Source: Octopus sinensis
Taxonomy: Eukaryota
Assembly (NCBI RefSeq): GCF_006345805.1
Contig: NC_043006.1
Location: 89,466,001 to 89,530,000 of the forward strand
Reading direction: 5' to 3'
Length of the DNA: 64,000 bases
Below the pieces are notes generated by a model. That model did not search any database and was not told where the DNA came from. It saw only the letters and a program-made list of their open reading frames with translations. Made by a program: the position numbers and the translations under genes. Below are positions 61,076-64,000 of the stretch, one piece after another. Within the stretch, counting starts at the first letter, position 1, and each line of letters starts with the position of its first letter.

Positions 61076-63903
61076 CTAGCAGTATCGCCCGGCATTGCTC
61101 GGGTTTGTAAGGGAAATAACTATATAAGCATTTTTAGAGAGTTATAGCAAAAAAATAGCAAAAAAATGCATTAAAAATGGAAAAAAAATTATGGTAAATT
61201 TTTTTTTAAATCGTTGACTCATCATTACTTATATAATAGCGAAAAAAATGCATTAAAATGGAAAAAGTGATGGTAAATTTTTTTTTAAATAGTAGACTCA
61301 TCATAAACGCGTGCTAATACCCAGAAGGGCTTGATATGAATCACGACTATAAGATACCCGGTTTTGGTTAAACTGCACCGCAAAATGTGGGAGTAGTTAG
61401 GAATCTAAATCGTAGGAGACAGACACACAACCTCTCTTTTATATATAAAGACTAGCAGTATCGCCCGGCGTTGCTCGGGTTTGTAAGGGAAATAACTATA
61501 TAAGCATTTTTAGAGAGTTATAGCAAAAAAATAGCAAAGAAATGCATTAAAAATGGAATAAAAAATGTTGGTAATTTTTTTTTTAATCGTTGACTCATCG
61601 TAGGCATTTTTAGAGAGTTACTTCCCTTATATAATAGCCAAAAAATGCATTAAAATGGAAAAAATGATGGTAAATTTTTTTTAAATCGTAGACTCATCGT
61701 AGATGCGCGCTAATACCCAGAAGGGCTCAATATGAATCACGACTATAAGATACCCGGTTTTGGTTAAACTGCACCGCAAAATGTGGGAGTAGTTAGGAAT
61801 CTAAATCGTAGGAGGCAGACACACAACCTCTCTTTTATATATAAAGACTAGCAGTATCGCCCGGCGTTGCTCGGGTTTGTAAGGGAAATAACTATATAAG
61901 CATTTTTAGAGAGTTATAGCAAAAAAATAGCAAAGAAATGCATTAAAAATGGAATAAAAAATGTTGGTAATTTTTTTTTTAAATCGTTGACTCATCGTAG
62001 GCATTTTTAGAGAGTTACTTCCCTTATATAATAGCCAAAAAATGCATTAAAATGGAAAAAATGATGGTAAATTTCTTTTAAATCGTAGACTCATCGTAGA
62101 TGCGCGCTAATACCCAGAAGGGCTCAATATGAATCACGACTATAAGATACCCGGTTTTGGTTAAACTGCACCGCAAAATGTGGGAGTAGTTAGGAATCTA
62201 AATCGTAGGAGACAGACACACAACTTCACTTTTATATATAAAGATTTGTGCAACAACTAAAACATTCGGTTGTGCAAATTGTTTGCACAGGAAACCTGCC
62301 CTGTGTGGCGGTTTTTGCTGTTTTTGTGGATCTGTTTCAGCTTTTTTAGCGATTTCTGTTTTGGCGACTTCAAGCCATGAAGTCGTTGTTCTAAAAGAAC
62401 GCTGGTCTCCTTGACAACGCTTTACGACGTTGATTTCCCTACCCTGCCTTCCCCACAGCTTCACGAGGGAGGGAAGAAGGGGAGGAGCTACACAGGTGCA
62501 GGTGCGAGCATGAACGCCAACACCGCCACCGACACACAAAAAAATTGGAAGAACCCAGACGACAGCTTCAGCCACCACCACCACCACCACGACCAACACC
62601 ATCACCACTACCACCATGACCACCACCACCACTACGCCCATGACCATCACCACCACCATCATCACCACGACCACCACCACCACCATCATCACTACTCCCA
62701 CCACCCCCACCACCACTACAAACACGACGACCACCACGACCATGACCACCATCACCACTACCAGCACCACCGCTGCGACTACCACCGCCTCCACACTATG
62801 CCTCTGCTCTCTCCTTTTGGCTACTAAATCCATTACCATATTTCACAAGTACCATCGCCATACAATATTGCCTTCAAAAGTTTGTGTTTGGATAATATTT
62901 TTTAAGTAAAAGTTGTGCAACAACTATAACATTCGGTTGTGCAAATTATTTGCACAGGAAACCTTCCCTGTGTGGCGTGTTTCCCGATTTTGTAGAATTT
63001 GCTTTCGGGCTTTCTTAGCCATTTCTGTTTTGGTGTCTTCAAGCCATGAAGTCGTTGTTCTAAAAGAACGCTGGTCTCCTTGACAACGCTTTACGACGTT
63101 GATTTCCTTACACTCCCTTCCCCACAGCTTCACGAGGGAGGGAAGAAGGGGGAGAAGCAACACAGGTGCAGGTGTGAGCCCTTTATTTAAAAAATATGCG
63201 TTAAAATGGAAAAAAATTATGGTAAATTATTTCGTAGACGCGCGCTAATACCCAGACGGGCTCGATATGAATCACGACTATAAGATACCCGAATTTGGTT
63301 AAACTGCACCGCAAAATGTGGGAGTAGTTAGGAATCTAAATCGTAGGAGACAGATACTCACACAACTTCATTTTTATATATATAGACTAGCAGTATCGCC
63401 CGGCGTTGCTCGGGTTTGTAAGGGAAATAACTATATAAGCATTTTTAGAGACTTACTTCCCTTATAGATGCCAATTCGGGCTTTCTTAGCCATTTCTGTT
63501 TTGGTGTCTTCAAGCCATGAAGTCGTTGTTCTAAAAGAACGCTGGTCTCCTCGACAACGCATTACGACGTTGATTTCCTTAAACTCCCTTCCCCACAGCT
63601 TCACGAGGGAGGGAAGAAGGGGGAGAAGCAAACACAGGTGCAGGTGTTTGAGCGTGGACGCCAACTCCGCCGCCATCGACACACGAAAAATTATGCATTA
63701 AAATGGAATAAAAAATTATGTTAAATTATTTTTAAAATCGTAGACTCATCGTAGACGCGCGCTAATAGCCAGACGGGCTCGATATTAATCACGACTATAA
63801 GATACCCGAATTTGGTTAAACTGCACCGCAAAATGTGGGAGGAGTTAGGAATCTAAATCGTAGGAGACAGACACTCACACAACTACAGTTTTATATATAT
63901 AGA
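61076..63903 (-). mobile_element. Tandem head-to-tail array of non-autonomous Helitrons (five units)
   Basis: Minus-strand units begin TC(T/A)TATATATAAAA and end CCCGAGCAACGCCGGG hairpin + GATACTG-CTAG; units 61076-61451, 61452-61847, 61848-62244, 62245-63386 (no own CTAG end), 63387-63903; inserted between A and T with no TSD. Confidence 0.88.
62570..62795. repeat. (ACC)n-rich low-complexity tract inside a Helitron unit
   Basis: Direct reading; source of the His/Thr/Val-rich ORFs. Confidence 0.9.
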
Positions 63904-64000
63904 TATGCCTTTCTGTGAAAGGAAGTGCTGAACTATAAAATGATTGAAATGGACAGCTTTTGAGTTACTAGAACTGAAACACATGATCAAAAGGAGAGAC

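Noticed and set aside
62198-62909. His-, Thr- and Val-rich ORFs of 97-213 aa
   Set aside because: All are translations of an (ACC)n tract inside a Helitron unit.

Overview
AT-rich, repeat-saturated eukaryotic (metazoan) non-coding DNA; the SINE, RTE and microsatellite content resembles octopus/cephalopod genomes (inference from recalled repeat families, not a search). I found no convincing host protein-coding exon; almost all ORFs in the track are transposon remnants or microsatellite read-through. The window holds RTE LINEs (one near full-length at 44516-47560), CR1, R4/Dong and CRE-type non-LTR fragments, Penelope-like elements (PLEs; RT and GIY-YIG remnants), three tRNA-SINE families, mariner/Tigger/hAT remnants, a solo LTR, a foldback MITE and a head-to-tail Helitron array. 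Most notable: (i) about eight minimal hammerhead-ribozyme motifs in PLE-type termini, several with intact cores, one split by a SINE and one in a non-coding element with inverted arms; (ii) a 3.5-kb tail-to-tail PLE palindrome whose outer arms are far more similar than the inner arms; (iii) an RTE whose ORF opens at a splice acceptor with no in-frame ATG; (iv) SINE heads using two different LINE tails; (v) several long RNA hairpins. All identities and boundaries are read by eye.
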